64,000 nucleotides of DNA from Bugula neritina (taxonomy: Eukaryota > Animalia > Bryozoa). The translations under genes were made by a program, and so were the position numbers. Each line of letters opens with the position of its first letter. Within the stretch, counting starts at the first letter, position 1. This document shows positions 15,648 to 29,800 of the stretch, piece by piece. The DNA lies in contig OZ037769.1 of NCBI GenBank assembly GCA_964035545.1, forward strand, positions 14,104,633 to 14,168,632, read 5' to 3'. The notes below the pieces were generated by a model. That model did no database searches, was not told the DNA's origin, and saw nothing but the letters and a program-made list of their open reading frames with translations.

Positions 15648-18600
15648 TTACCGATGCCTTTTAGACTCCCAAAAGGACTTTAACCTCTTCATCTTATCTT
15701 CTGTAAATATTATTTCCTTCTATTAATAATTGATGAAATGTGAGTAGATATCAATGAGCAAATAATGTATGGAAAAACCAAAGAAATCATAAACTAGAAA
15801 CATTTAACAAAACACAATATAAATTAGAGATTATAAATTTATATAACACTACACAAGCTTATATTGTGCTCACGCACGCAAGTTTATAATCACTATCCCT
15901 GTGAGAACCCCTGGTGGAAGAATTTTCTGTTAAATCGGGCTAAGGACTTATCTAGATGGGGCACACGAGAAATTATGACTGGATGCTCTTCCTAACATCA
16001 CCAATGGCCTTTACTGGGGTTTGAACCCATGACTTCATGTTTACTATAGGCAAATGCTCTAACCCCTATACCATGGCTGCTTCCACATGGTTATATAGTA
16101 CAACATATGGTTACATAGTACTATGTAGTAGAAACAGTAGCCAAAGAATATTTCAATAATAAAGTAAACTTTACGAAATATTATGTAATTTATATAAAAA
16201 TAAATATTATGAAGAAATTTCAGGAGTGGTGAGAGTACAGGTTGAGTAGGACACAGGTGATAGGGCGATAGGCCACAGTAAAAGCCCTAAAACCATGTTG
16301 CCAGCATGGTAAGGGACACTGTATAGAGCCCCTTTCCAAATTCTTGTAGTCAGGAGTTTTCACAGGGGTGAAACCAAAGTGAGTTAGTCTATCATTATAA
16401 ACAAACTTCCGCTCACATACCAACAACGACAGGAGTGGAGGGCTTCGGTTCTGGCGGTAAACTTCGGCTCCGAGTTCGACTAATAGGAGTCTTCGGACGT
16501 TTACTGCTCTCCCACTCTTTCTCGGTTTTAGAGTTGGGCTCTTCTTCTCGGTCTAGCAGGTCACATGATTGCTCTCGCTCGCCTCTCTTCTCGTCATCCG
16601 AGGCAGCATTCAAGTTCCACCAATCCCAGCATTGCCGATTCCTCTGCAAAGAATGATTGTTTTCAATTCAAAATGTCTGCCATTAAATGAGAAAATGTAA
16701 AAAAGTTTATTAAAAATACAGAAACTACCAACATCTGATATAACGGGTTCACAAAATCTAATATAATATATCAGGAGCCTTCAAACCAGCTCAGTGATTA
16801 AGTTGTGTGTTGCAGCAGCTAAAAATACCGTACAAAAGTCCGTAATAATTAGTATTAGTTTTAAAATGTCATCATCAGCATGGGCACACAATTTCTTATA
16901 AAACAAAATTGTTTGAGCATTCAACCCTCAAACAATCTGTAGATGATAGCTAAGATATATATATGCATACTTTAATACTGGATACTTTATTACACAATGT
17001 ATGTCTCAAATATTTTATCATTACAAGAAGAGAATAAAATTAAGGGTTGGTAATTAAGTAGTTCTTCATTTACTCTGCTGCAGTGTAGAGAACGTAATTA
17101 TTGAGAGACCGCTGTGAAATCTCTATCACTTGAAGAACTGAAACTACAGGGATTAGCTACTGGAGAGCAATAAGTCAGCATGTTAATGATACAAGAGCTT
17201 ATAAGATGTGTGTTGGGTAGTGGAAAGTCGGGCAATGTACAATTAATAGGGTGTATGTAGACTATTGCAGTGTCTAGCCAGTTAAATGATAAACTAGAGT
17301 AGAGTAGGGTAGAGTAGAGTAGAGTAGATTAGATTAGTATAGAGTAGAGTAGAGTAGAGTAGTACAAAGTAGAGTAGAGTAGAGTAGAGTAGAGTAAAGT
17401 AGAGTAGTGTAGAGTAGAGTAGAGTAGTGTAGGGTAGGGTAGAGTAGAGTAGAGTAGAGTAGAGTAAAGTAGAGTAGAGTAGAGTAGAGTAGAGTAGAGT
17501 AGAGTAGGGTAGAGTAGAGTAGAGTAGAGTAGTATAGAGTAGAGTAGAGCAGAGCAGAGCAGAATAGGGTAGATTAGAGTGGAATAGAGTAGAGCAGGTT
17601 TAGGAGAGGAGAATATAGAATAGGGTAGGCAGGTTGGAAAAGGAAGCCCATGCATGTATAAGCAGGTATTTATATGGATTAACAGAGCCATGATATCATA
17701 CATGTTTGGAATGCAGTATTTACAAACTCTAGAGGCACAGTTGGTTTAAGCAGTCACACATTGCATGCCTGACCTTCAAATACACAGACAGCTAGTCGGC
17801 AGCGTTACACAGGAAAGAGAGGCGAAGAAGATTGGCAGCAAATCAGCAAGAGAAAGTCAAATAGAACTAAACACCATGTAAAGCTGTCTAGAAACAGCTG
17901 CTACTTGTTTTGCAAAAATAAAAAACAAGCGAATTTGTTATGAAACTTGAGCAAACCAAAATGAAATAGATGAATTTCATTAAAATGAGTGGAAAATTTA
18001 TACTCTTATGATAGTTTGTTAATTCATCCTTAAAATAAGTGTCGAAAAATGATTAGGATATTATAATAAAACTTATTATAAAGTACACCCAGTGTCCTAA
18101 ATTATGGCCTTAGGCAAAATAAAAAAGCCTTAAAAACTCAAGCTGAAACAAGCCAATAGTAAGTAGAAGTTTCACAGCCCACATGGTATAGTTATGTTTA
18201 GATAAATATAATTAGTTAATTGAGTTAGCTAAGTGGATGTGTATTTCCTACACACTGCAAGTGAGAGCACAGCAGAAGCACTAATTGTAGGTGGAGACGA
18301 TACCCAAATATAAACGATCAGAATGTGTAAACAATTTATGTAAAGCAGTGAAACAAATACGGAGCAAGATATAGGAAGCTGGATTATACTGCGTCTGTTT
18401 ATGTTACGAGATATTTACCCTCCAAACTAAATGCTAATTTTGTTTTTCAATTAGTTGAGCAAACAAAAATATAAATACATTCGTAACTCCATTTTGTCCT
18501 ACACTTTGCAACTGAAAAAAAACTGATCATACAAATCATTGCTCTGTTTCTCCATACAACTAAAATTTCCTCTACTGGCATTAACACCATCTGGCGGAAA

Positions 18601-21600
18601 TACAAAGGAATTACAATGCTTGAGAAACCATTGAGATCTTCTAACTCCAGATGTCTGGCGTGTTGCCAAATATTAAAGGGATACAGGGAAGCATAATTCC
18701 TAACAAATTTTGTAAAAGCTTTAATCTCAGCACATCAAAGACAAATTTGCCATCGACCAAAAAATAAATTTTAGATAAATAAATGGATGCTGTCATGTGT
18801 TGGTTGAGCTGAAATATGTGCAACATAACGGAGTTATTCCCCCTCCGTCTGTTGGAATGCAAAGAATAGACACTGTACCCCTTGCAGTAGAATAATACCT
18901 GGTAAACTCCAGCTGAGTTGTGGAGTCTGTAAACACCAGGGGAGATAATTACCTAATATTGGCTGGCTTTGACTTGAAATAGCATATTATGCTTCTCTAC
19001 GTAGAAGGTTGGCAAACAGCCAATCTAAACTTTAGTTACAAATTCCTAAAACTGTGCCAGCAGCTTAGTACAAAGTTTCCAATTGGGTGAGACAAATGAA
19101 AATTCAAAGTAGGACAATCCCTAAAAGCACCAATTTCCTAAAGCTAAACAATTGATAGTTGCTCTGGGTGGGTTAAAACATAGGCAAGTATCTCAACAAG
19201 AACCAGGCTTACATTAACACTGAGGAGTCTAAACCCCCCCCTCCCATTCCAGCACAGATCTGCCTAAGGAAAACAAGCTACATAGCGTGAGTTCTTCACT
19301 ACTAGATCTGGGCTAGTAACATTGCCTAAAACACTGCTAGCTTACTTCAGTGTCACCAGCAAATCCCAGCCCTATCACCATCATTATTCTCACCCACTGG
19401 GAAACCCTGTGTATGAGTAAAGCAATTTATAAAGTATTTGCCATACATTAGGCTCTTTTATTATCATGAATGCGGTTATGCATCTAATTAGCCAACCATT
19501 AAGGCAAAACTGGTGTAAATAACTTCTAAATTGCTGCTGGAATGTGATAGCATATAATATCAATGGATCCATAATACACACATCATTGTGTCTGCTGTAC
19601 TGTTGCTAAACTCATTAAATATTGCACTGCACTATCTTGTTTATTTTTATTCAGTGATTCAAGAAGTCTCAGTATGGTAGAGTGTAAACATTTCCGCTCC
19701 CGGAAAGAGAAAATGAGATCCCGCAAGGCAACAGGAAAGCATGGTGAGAAAATAACATTCCTAGAATAATTATTCAGCTTACCAGTAGGAGGCGCTCTTC
19801 TTTAGGATCTAAGTCTAGCTTTTCAGCGTCTTCCCGGGATCTGCACTCTCGGATGGTGGAGATATGCGGCCTTTGTGAGACGCTCCTTTTTCTTCTCTGA
19901 CGGCTTGTGTCTGTCAATAAAATGAAACTACTGAGTGGAGACAAAGTGAAACTACTGAGTGGAGACAAAGTGAAACTACTGAGTGGAGACAAAGTGAAAC
20001 TACTGAGTGGAGACAAAGTGAAACTACTGAGTGGAGACAAAGTGAAACTACTGAGTGGAGACAAAGTGAAACTACTGAGTGGGACAAAGTGAAACTACTG
20101 AGTGGAGACAAAGTGAAACTACTGAGTGGAGACAAAGTGAAACTACTGAGTGAAGACAAAGAGGAACTACTGAGTAGAGACAAAGTGAAACTACAGAATA
20201 AAGAAAAAACAAAAAAAAAAGAAATTTTTAAATGAGAAAAACATGAAACTACTAAACATAAGTAAAGAAAAACTGCCAAATATAAACAAAATAAACATTT
20301 AAAATTCAAAAACAGACATTAACAATGTCATTGTTGAGTTTTGTCAATTTATTTGTTCAACAATGACAATAGGTTAAGATATATTAATATAAAACATTTA
20401 TACAATGCTCATGGCCTAATTTTAGATATAGCAACACATTTCAAACGACTTGAAATTAGTAACTTTACTCATATTTCCTTAACGTAAAATACACAAAGTT
20501 GAAGAACAGTACAGCCACGAATGAAACTGCGTCACACCTTTCACGGAGATGAAGGCGAGAGTTCGGTCGGCACCTTCGGAGTTCTCAGCCCGACATTGAT
20601 AGCAGCCGGCCTCGTACGAAGAGATCTGTGAGATTATGAGAGAGTATGTGTTGTCTTTTTCATTGCTCTCTACAGTAAACTTTGCGTCATCCTCCAGTTC
20701 CTATACATACACAATGGACTAGTACTATACAGTAATATACACAATAGAGTAATACTATACAGTAATATAGACAATAGAGTAATACTACGCAGTAATATAG
20801 ACAATAGAGTAATACTATACGGTCATACCGCATACATATATACAGTAATGCATCAAATCGAACAATTTCTTGTTACTTTGAGTTAATTGACATTTAATGA
20901 AACATTATGTAACTTCACACAGAACTAAAAATATGCCACTTCAAAGAACATTATAGTTTTTAGGTGGTTTTATTTTGCACGTGTGATTGTATATATACAC
21001 ATGTATACAGGCGTGTGTGTATATACATCTGTATACAGAGACATACACCTGTATACAGAGATGTACACCTCTATACAGGTGTATACGACTGCATAGCTGC
21101 CTTCTACTGCTGCCGTAGCACTTCCTGTTAACTGCAATACAGCAACTCTAATTGCAGTGTAAGTGGCTCACCCATCATAATGTGAGGAAAGTGATGAAAA
21201 GGCCCAGGAGGGTTAATTACTCTTACATCACCCTTCTTAATGATTTGTTCATCAAAACAGAAAGTATGTACTATAACATATAATGGATCAGCTAAGTTAT
21301 GCCTTATAATTGGGCTCTCCTGGCTTTTATTGCAGCTTCAGAATTCTGGGATTGTGACTCAAACATGAAATGTTTGCCAACATTGGGCTGTTTGGAAGAC
21401 AGATTTATCTTATAGTTACGGTAAACCATCTGGCAATAAAACTTCATAAATTGCTTTTTACTATCAACAGAAGTTATATATTACTCTGTCAATGGCTACA
21501 AACATATATCGCGCTCTGTGATTGGTCACAGATCAATAAAGACATGTATCATGCTTTACGATTGGCTAGAAGCAACCTACCTCATTGTCCAAGTACCATG

Positions 21601-22071
21601 TGACCAGAGGTTGTGGGTAGCCTGTAATCTCCACTGTTAGCTTGATGGAATATCCAGGTTGGACTTGCATCGACTCCAGCCTGGTTTTGCATACAGGGGC
21701 TAAAGAAAAAGAAAACAGGCTATGTTTAGATGAACCACAAAGCAAAATTCTGCTGTTAAATAGAAATCAAATTATAATCCTACTGAGATGTTTTATAATG
21801 ATAATTTATACCACATAAAATGTAAACGGCTGTGAATTCTTACTTTGAAACTGTAATCGCGATGACTAGTATATATTCAAAACATAATATATATATAAAA
21901 ATATATATATATATATATACCTTTATAAAGGAGTTTTCTCCTCCGTCTAATATTCCGCCACTCATTGTATGTCATGGTTGTCTGCTCGGAGTCATCTGAA
22001 AGATTCGGTTCCCGAATCAAGTCGGTCACTGAAGTTATTTTATTAACGGGTGATTCCTCTAATAGCACCAT
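15648..22071 (-). CDS. Small intracellular single Ig I-set domain protein (titin/MLCK-type Ig; ~278 aa, at least 6 coding exons)
   Basis: Exons 22071-21921, 21699-21581, 20700-20538, 19910-19783, 16643-16421, 15700-15648; GT-AG with consistent phases. I-set domain APVCKTRLESMQVQPGYSIKLTVEITGYPQPLVTWYLDNE..YSLIISQISSYEAGCYQCRAENSEGADRTLAFISVK; ends EDKMKRLKSFWESKRHR*. Confidence 0.75.
15876..16080 (-). mobile_element. tRNA-derived SINE, family A
   Basis: Reverse complement of the family A sequence (tgactggatgctcttcctaacatcaccaatggcctt..ttgaacccatgac..ctctaacccct..ccatggctgc). Confidence 0.85.
17294..17600. repeat. (TAGAG)n pentanucleotide satellite
   Basis: Read directly; explains the LLYST ORF 17329..17703. 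Confidence 0.95.
19921..20192. repeat. 24-bp minisatellite (aaagtgaaactactgagtggagac) beside an Ig-gene splice acceptor
   Basis: About 11 near-identical units with no spacers, starting ~10 bp from the acceptor at 19911. Confidence 0.95.
20701..20820. repeat. 30-bp minisatellite (~4 units) starting at an Ig-gene splice acceptor
   Basis: acaatagagtaatactatacagtaatatac at 30-bp spacing; the ctatac of each unit matches the acceptor gtatAG at 20706-20701. Confidence 0.85.
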
Positions 22072-24609
22072 TATTATATACGAAGTAGAAACTAGCACAC
22101 AATATCAATATAGTCTTTATACGGCAGCAGCTAAGTATATGAGTGAGTGTGTCGGCAGCAGCACTAGAAAATTGGCAGCACTAGAAAACCTTTGCGTCTT
22201 TCTTATAGCAAGTGTCTGAGTATTTGAATGAACCTGAAAAGTAAAGTATATATCATTGAGGCAGTGAGCATGAATATAAACAACTTAACGAGTGCAAGAA
22301 ATATATATACACATAGTAAATGCTACATTATTTTATGCTAATGATATAATTAACCAATGATATTCATAGTTGGAAATTTAGAATTTACACAGCAAAGAAG
22401 GGTGGGTACGCAAGGGTCGAGTGAAGAGTGAGGTAGGAAACCAAAGGCTAGATATGATAAGGTTGTACAAAATATTAATTAATGAATTGCATAATTAAAG
22501 AAATGCGAACAATGAATCAGCTGTGATATTAGCTAGCCGTTACATTGCAACTGGCATAACTCAAATTTCGTTTGCTTTTCTCTGTAAACAACAGGTGTGT
22601 GCTCATAGGTGAGGAATGTTTGAGCTGAAGGCCAAACACAAGTATTCAATAGATAGACAAAATGATTCCCTCTCATGTCTATGCGTGTAAAAGTGCAACA
22701 TATTTTGATAAACAGTTGCCTTATTATAAGGTAGAGTTGAAAAAACTGCAAATAATAAAAATTATGATGTAAAAATGTTTATGAAACGTGGGAGGGGATA
22801 TGTTAGATCAGCTTCAGAAATCATCAAGTTTAGAAGGTGCAATAACAGAGAATTTCAACCCTGACCTCAAACCAAAATTTACTATAAAAGCTAAATAATT
22901 TAGGCTATAAAAATGTGTCCACTATTGTATGAAATTTGTGATTTTTAATGTGGCACAAGAGATTTGTAGAAAACATGGAGTGCTATATGCAGCTGAATAG
23001 ACTATCTACATAATATACTCTGTAGACTTTTAGATATAGCATTAGTTTTAAACCATATAGATAACACTTGAATAAGTTCATTATACAAACTATAGATATA
23101 ACATCCACTGATGGTATAGCTTTTGGTAGAATCACACCTACGGGGGGGGGGGGGGGGGGTGTTGGGGGGTGTTGAAAATGTGTGGCTAACCATGTGCGAA
23201 GACTCGAGCCTCCCCCGGCAGCACCAACATTTTGAATAATACAGCCGCTGCCAATGTGTATTCCAAAAAGGTACACAATAAGTTAATTTGCCCCGGTCAT
23301 AATAACAGTAAAATATCCAAACATTTGCAAGAAATTATTTGCTTTCTCAAGGTGCATGTAAGGAGCACATACCTATATAATTCAGTGCACGCTCAATACT
23401 TATAGATGCTGTATTATCTACACCTATATAAATATCACTTGAGTAAGTGTGCAAGATGTTTGTTAGTATATTTTCTCTTCAAATGAGTAAACAAAATGGT
23501 AAACACTCTTTCCTGTTACAGAGTTTAACTAAACATGTTCTGCTCATGTTGCTTTCTTACCCGCTACACTATACTCGCCAAATAAAAACAAGTCAATAAA
23601 AGTAAACTCCCAGTAAATCAAAATATTCAACTGCAAGATGTTACAAGCAGCACAAGAGTTGGTGGTCACTTAGTGCAATAGTTTGAAGTCTCAGGTTTGC
23701 AGTTAGGAATTCAAAGTTCTAACCCCAAACTTAAGACTCATGAACTACTGCACTCAATGACTGTCAACTTAGTGCTGTTTCTAGCATTTTTTTCTAATTG
23801 CAAAGATTATCTGCTAAAAGTTGACAAAAAATACTTTTAGAATTTAAGAGTTGTGGCACCATTTTAAAAACGACAAGTCAGTTTAAGTTAATAGATTCTT
23901 CAAAATTTAAAACATGAATGTTAAGCAACAACTTTCATTTAATCTTTCAAACTTCACAGTGAGGCTAATTCTGTACAATTACGATTGTTATAACAACCCT
24001 TACACAAGAACTAACATTGGAACAAGCTACACATACATTATTAGAAATAGGTTTTACCATGTTGTACCCTGAATTTCAACACATTTTCATAAAAGTTCCC
24101 AGTTTCCTTCAGGTAACAAACTTATTGTCAAACTCTAAGCTTTTTAAATTCAACTAATATATTAATACAAACTGCAGGATCTAGCAAGAAAGGCCACATA
24201 ACCAAAAATTGTGAAAATTTAACCCTAGTCAAACCCTTGTACAGTTTTTTGTCAAAATAGAATGATAGCAATTGGAATTACTGGTGTAAATAATACATAT
24301 TATTGTAGTCACTCATAACCTTTAGCATAGACACATCGTGTGATATATTCCTTGGAATAATGGCTCAGTTGTAAGATATATTGCTGTTACTAAGAAATAA
24401 TGATGCTATGACAGACTTAGTGTTTGCTGCTGGTGTATTTTGAGACAAGTAGAATATCTCCACTAATATATCATTCATCTTCATGAATATTTCGACAGTT
24501 GAAACTGCTTTTAATTTAATATAACATTTTGCTTCTAATTCAGTCAATAAAATGTCATTTTTTTGTTACTTCTTTGTATTATTGTGTTGTTATATTAGGC
24601 ACATAACAA

Positions 24610-24809
24610 GGGAGCAGGCTTGGTCTAGGGGTTAGAGCGTTTGCCTAGTAAACACGAAGGTCATGGGTTCGAACCCAGACAAAAGCCATTGGTGATGTTA
24701 GGAAGAGCATCCAGTCACAATTGCTCCTGCGCTTCATCTGAATAAGTCCGATTGACCAAAAAATCCTTCCACCAGGGGTTTCTCACGGGATAGTGACTAT
24801 AAACTTAAG
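24610..24809 (+). mobile_element. tRNA-derived SINE, family A (best-preserved copy)
   Basis: A box tggtctaggggttagagc, anticodon-like ct-agt-aa, B box ggttcgaaccc, followed by the shared body. Confidence 0.85.
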
Positions 24810-26863
24810 TTAGATATGAGGTACATATCACATAATATCAACTGTATTGAATGTTATTACACATGCAGCACCTGAAAGGCCTTACGTTCACAAACAACAA
24901 TTTGTTAAGTGGAAATTACACATTGTTGCAACTAAGTTAACATTTACTTCAGCATGTAATGACGCTCGGCCCAAATGCTAAATCTAAATGCTACAGATTT
25001 GCTGAAATTAAAATAGCACCAGGTCTTGCAACATGCAGGCTATATTAGTGAAGGAATTTTGGATATTTTTTTCTCTATAATATATGATGCAAAATATTTA
25101 AGGTATTCGTATTTAGTCTAAATAAAATTATATGGTTAAATATAAACAGCAAGTCAAGGGAATGAAATCTAAATCTGAAAGCAAGAAGAAAGCATTAAGC
25201 ATACCAAAGTTTAACAGGAAACCAAACTACAATTAGCTAATTATTATGTAATGCACTAACAGATGTAATTCTTCTCATCTTAAACCAAGATATGAGGTCA
25301 CAAATTAAGGACAGCAGTGGTATTGACTGAAAGTGACTACATATAACCATAGTTATAAGAAGTTATAGAAAATAACATGCTATTTAGGGTTGAGTGGTGA
25401 CAACCCTTACTGGAATAGAAGTTCAAAGTGTTAAGTCCACTATGCTAATTCCATATATTGTTTATATTATCTAAATTATATTATAGATATAAAGTATGTG
25501 AGATGTATTATGTACATAAAGTACATTATTTACACTGTGTATTATATTATCTCTACTACATATAGCTTAAGCCTTACAACATATTAATATTATGTATTTA
25601 TAAGCAATATATTATAGTTTTAAATTTATTTGGGTTAAACTTAAGGTACCAACCAGATTTAGCCTGATTTCCACAGTCATATAATAAGTATTATAATAAT
25701 AATTATATTATCATACTATAAATTAGTAATCAAGAAAATTAATGTTACAGCTGAAATTGAATCAAATGAAATTATGCTGCTAGAACAACCTATCAAAAAG
25801 TAGGCAAATCATTTTGAAACTAAAGCAGTTCATTTGACTTCTAAATTTAACATTTTATTCAGATAGTTGAAGTGAAATATTTTTAAAACAACTTTATTAA
25901 ATATTAATTTACTAACTTAAAATAGATTGTTTATGTACCCACGTTGGCAAGGAATGTCTGGTGTACCCACGTACCCACTAATTATAACATTCCAAGTGCT
26001 AGAAACACACTCTATAAATATAGAATATTAGCTACAGCTATGCTAGATACGTTACGTTGGCTTAATCGGAGTTAATGGAAACACGTTTATTCCAAAAACA
26101 GATACTAGAAGCACAACATCGTTATGATTATATTATAAATCATACTTGTTAATAGTATAATTATTAAATGTTTTCAATTAGATATATCTTTATAATTACG
26201 TAATGGAAAGTTTCATCAAGGGTATATTTAAATAAAACATAACAAGAGTTATCAAGTGCTAGCCTCAGTGAAACTAAAGAAAGGTGTAACCTGCATAAAT
26301 AAGGGAAATAATACCCTATAACAACGTTTTATCGATTATGTTGCAATGGCTATCTGAAAACACCTAGAGTTTGCTTCCCATGTATAAATTGCAAGGAAAT
26401 CTCAAGAATTTTGGATGATAAAGTAAAATTCTTCACAGAAGAATTCATAGCCCACTCAGTTAGGTTAAAACTCTGCAAAATAACTTCGATGTTAAAATTT
26501 ACTCATCAAATGCAAGAAATACTAAAATTAGTCTTATTTGCAATTTCTTCGATTCTGCTATGCATTTTAACCGAAACTTCATCAATAAACACATAGTGCT
26601 GGTTGGAGTTGTCTTTTCTAATTTGATGGCGGTATAGAAAAGAGTACATAGAGAAAGTGAAAATTACAATCTACTCAATGAATTCTCTAAACGCTTCCAT
26701 CTAAATAGATTTACAAGGATGTCAGAAGAGTAGGAAAGATGTATTAAGGTTTGAAAAGGAAGCAACTAGAATATTGAAAAATGATGCAATTTTTTTCAAA
26801 TATTTCCAGAAAATTCTGTACAGAACTCCGATATTCGACTCACCTATGTTACTGAGTAGAGAA

Positions 26864-29800
26864 TTAGCAAATCACGCAAATCGAGCTTTTAGAAGTAACT
26901 TGAGAGGAGGATTTGAGATTGGCAGCGACGCGACGTAAAGCACGACGTTTTGCTGCTTCAATGTACACATCTCGTCGAAACTGACCACCTGACAGCGGAA
27001 TCGTATCTCTTCCAGGCTTCAAGTTGACCTGCAAAAGCAAAGAACGTAGACATCATATTCAAAGAGTATATGGACCTGAGGTAGAGAGTATATACACCTG
27101 AGGTAGAGAGCATATACACTTGAGGAAAAGAGTAAATATACCTGAGGTAGAGAGTATATACACCTGAGGTAGAGAGTATATATACCTGAGGTAGAGAGTA
27201 TATATATCTGAGGTAAAGAGTATATACACCTGAGGTAGAGAGTATATACACCTGAGGTAGAGAGTATATACACCTGGAGTACAGATTATATACACCTGAG
27301 GTAGAGAGTATATAGCCCTGAGGTAGAGAGTATATACACCTGAGGTAGAGAGTATATACACCTGGGGTGGAGAGTATATACACCTGGGGTGGAGAGTATA
27401 TACACCTGAGGTAGAGAGGATATATACCTGAGGTACAGAGTATATATACCTGAGGTAGAGAGTATATACACCTGGAGTACAGATAATACACACCTGATAA
27501 AGAGCATACACTGGTTTGTGATCTGAACACTTCACTTCAGGGGCAGACAAATATTTCTTGCAGACAATGCCGTGTTTCCTTTTAGATTTGAACAAGATCC
27601 TGTCAGTGTAGGAGGGGATGCGGCACTTCGCCGTCGTGTCGTACACGTCGGTGCCTATCAACAGCGAGCGATATGTATGATTGGTCAGTAGAGCAGTGAT
27701 AGGAAATCTAGGCTTGGAAAAAAAGGGCTGCAGTTGCATAAAAGTTTTAGCAAGTTTTACCCAACATCATGCACAATGACCGCCTTAAAACAGAGTCTTA
27801 TGTTCAGGAATTATTTAGAAAATTAAGTTTTAAAGCGTCTATATTCATACTCAGCTTTATCAAAATTAAATTTGAATATAACATCCATAGTAATCTTGCT
27901 TAGTATCAATTCAAAATTGGAGTTGTTTTCACAATCACTTTGTTTCAAATCATGCTATACATGTTACATCATCGACTTTTACAAGAGGAAACAATTCCAA
28001 CCCAGGCTATAGCCAGCTAAGCACCATGCTAGGTGAGTAGTAGCAACATATTAGTTTGCCTGAACACTTGAATTAAAGCCTTCAAAATGCAGGTACACGG
28101 CTCATGCATCTAAAGCATTATTTTGGAATAAATCATTTAAAACACGCAAGCGCATATGTTTTCTTTTCTACTCTATTATTTATAAAAAAATAGTGGAAGT
28201 ATGGCTTTTAGATTTATCTAAAAATTCAGCTAAAATAAGAAATATTAATAGAGAAGTCTAGAGAAAAGTTTGATTCAAATAAACACTTTGTAGCCATCAC
28301 TAAAGAATAAATAGAAGTAAGAGGGTAGAAGTGAATCTGCAGCCAATCAGTATGCAGTCTGCTGGTATCAACTAGCCAATCACAATTCAGAGCCCAATAA
28401 CACATGGAGTATATAGAGTAATTAGCCAATAAGAATAGTTTTACCACCACCAGTTTGAATGCCAACATCTAGCTTACTGGTGACAACTGATCACTAATGA
28501 ACACTATTAGTCACTACTGGTCACTACTGATCACTATTAGTCACTACTGATCACTATTAGTCACTACTACGCACTACTCGAGACTACTAGCAACTGCTAG
28601 ACATTATTGAATACTAGTAACCATTAGTGACTAATAATGACTCACTGCAAACAGCTAATGTACCAGAAAAAGATGGTTAGTCATTGAGCCAGAGAATACG
28701 AACATAGCAGACGGCAAGTACTAAAACCCGCAACTTACTTAAATCATCTATAACATACAAGCACAGGTAATTGAATTTAGTGAACTAATGAAAAAAATCA
28801 GTTGAAACAGAATAATGAAAAAGTTAGGAAAAGTATGCTTCATGAAAAATAGTGATAATTATGACATCATTGTGAAGAAACTCGAAGCATAATATCAGCG
28901 AGTAACAAAGTTAGTAAGTCCATAGCTCTTGTTTCCTGCTCAGTGATGACATGTTAGTGTAACTGTTTAGATGACCACAAACTTTGCTTACTAAGTCAGC
29001 ATCTACACAAAATCTAGTAAAAACCAAAGGCAGGTGACATACATGATACTCAGCAATACAACCCAATAATAGTTCAACTGATATTTTAAGAATAGTCTAA
29101 AAATTATTTTATACAAATAATAATTGGTTAAAGAATCGTGAAGACTTATTGGATGTTTAGAGTTGTAATCCCAATGATGAGAAGACAATTCCTTGCTGAG
29201 GCCATGAAATTTTCTTATGCTGATTATTAGCTACAAATTAATTCAAAATCTCACGAGGTAAGACCACAACAAATACAATCACAGCTGCTGACAAAAGCAT
29301 GACAATACCCTATGCAGATGAGGCAGAACCACCTTACCGGGATCAAACTTGTATGTTGGAGGGAAGTTTATTTGCCCTTCCTGGAAATCTTCAAATATTT
29401 CCCCGTTGGCCATGCCACGAGTCAGCTCCTCGTGTTCAAGCAAAGGTTCGTAGTTGGGATGATCTTTTAGCTGCACCGATTTTATCATTTTTATCACAGA
29501 TTCTCTATCTTTGTTGATTCTAAAGTTGAGGTCACCAGCCCAAAACACGCAGTCAAATCGGAGAGACGCAAGGGGCGGGGTTTGTTGTAACGGGTTATCT
29601 ACGACAGCGCGAGGTAACTTCAACGTCCTATTAATAGTCTTATAGTCAGATACTCTGGCTTTACCATTGCCCTCATCAGATTTAAAATGTGACCCGATAA
29701 ATACAAAAGATGTGCCAAACATAGTGAATGATAACGCCACAGCGCCTTTGGTTCGGATTTGTTTGAACACTCTCACAGTGACGGTGTCCGACTCCGGGAC

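Noticed and set aside
24610-24690. SINE heads as real tRNA-Thr genes (and 11668-11740 as a tRNA gene)
   Set aside because: Acceptor stems are incomplete, there is no adjacent poly-T terminator, and family A copies continue into a shared body and are mutually diverged.
19921-27496. Regular 22-24-bp repeats as CRISPR arrays
   Set aside because: Units are head-to-tail with no unique spacers, lie in spliceosomal introns, and there are no cas genes.
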